Under the pieces are notes generated by a model. It was not told the DNA's origin. It worked only from the letters and a program-made list of their open reading frames with translations, and searched no databases. A stretch of 64,000 nt of DNA from Octopus bimaculoides (taxonomy: Eukaryota). The stretch covers positions 59,471,415-59,535,414 of the forward strand of contig NC_068993.1 of the NCBI RefSeq assembly GCF_001194135.2, written 5' to 3'. This document shows positions 63,384 through 64,000 of this stretch, one piece after another; position 1 is the stretch's first letter, and the number at the start of each line of letters is the position of its first letter. The position numbers and the translations under genes were made by a program.

Positions 63384-63484
63384 CGTTGCCTAAGTGAGGG
63401 CACACTGTCGCATGTAGAGATGTCACGAAGAGCCACCAGTGCGAGCTGAGTGTCAGGTGTAGAACCGGTGGCAGATGAGCTGTC
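63384..63484 (-). CDS. Candidate N-terminal (signal-peptide-like) exon of the tandem-WSC gene
   Basis: Acceptor tttcttttcag; frame TAHLPPVLHLTLSSHWWLFVTSLHATVCPHLGN; weak donor acg|GTATTA gives the required phase 1. Confidence 0.35.
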
Positions 63485-63710
63485 CTGAAAAGAAATTGGC
63501 AGGATCCCTACCAAAAGTTCTTTTTCTCCTTGACACAGCATACTTCTAGAAGCCATACAATACTCTAGGATTCACAAAGACACATGAGGATACACAGGAA
63601 TTCAAAGACAAATGGGACAGATCAGAATCATAAGAAGCAAAAGGAGTTTTTACCTTTGTGATCTGAATGGCCGTCTGAAATGGAGAAACAATAGCAAGAT
63701 GATGACATTG

Positions 63711-63777
<67 letters not shown>

Positions 63778-64000
63778 TAATAATAATAATATAGGACTGA
63801 GGTAATTCCTCCAGAAGATATAGAAGCATAAATAGAAGAGTGCCATTGTTGTCAAGTGAACGATAGATACGTTTATCTTTTGAACCTGTGGAAGATACAC
63901 GAGATGTCGAAATATCGTTCACTTGATAACAATGGCACTCTTCTATTTTTGCTTCCAATAATGATAATGATAATAATAATAATGATAATAATAATAATAA

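Overview
AT-rich, gap-containing animal genomic DNA. The gene and repeat content points to a coleoid cephalopod, most likely Octopus (inference, not a database result). Bases ~1-54.6 kb are a tandem cluster of nine paralogous C2H2 zinc-finger-only genes, here called A-I: A-G on +, H and I on -. They have 3 to 15 fingers, TGEKPY-type linkers and no recognisable KRAB/SCAN/BTB/ZAD effector domain. Each copy sits in a duplicated cassette: promoter and non-coding exon 1 (ETS-like in D-I), intron, non-coding exon 2, short intron, then a single coding exon whose ATG lies 0-2 nt after the splice acceptor. The paralogs share a conserved 4-finger core but have diverging flanking recognition helices, with signs of gene conversion, finger loss and an inverted duplication. 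Transposon debris fills the spacers: RTE, CR1/L2-like and HERO-like LINEs, Gypsy, mariner, several SINE families, and GG-ended MITEs with 8-9 bp target-site duplications, two of which carry telomere-type repeats. Bases ~56-63.5 kb hold a minus-strand multi-exon gene not assembled by the ORF track. It encodes two tandem WSC domains joined by two 21-nt microexons, and one intron contains a Penelope-type minimal hammerhead ribozyme motif inside a long inverted repeat. Coordinates were read by eye; TE boundaries are approximate and all splice models are predictions.
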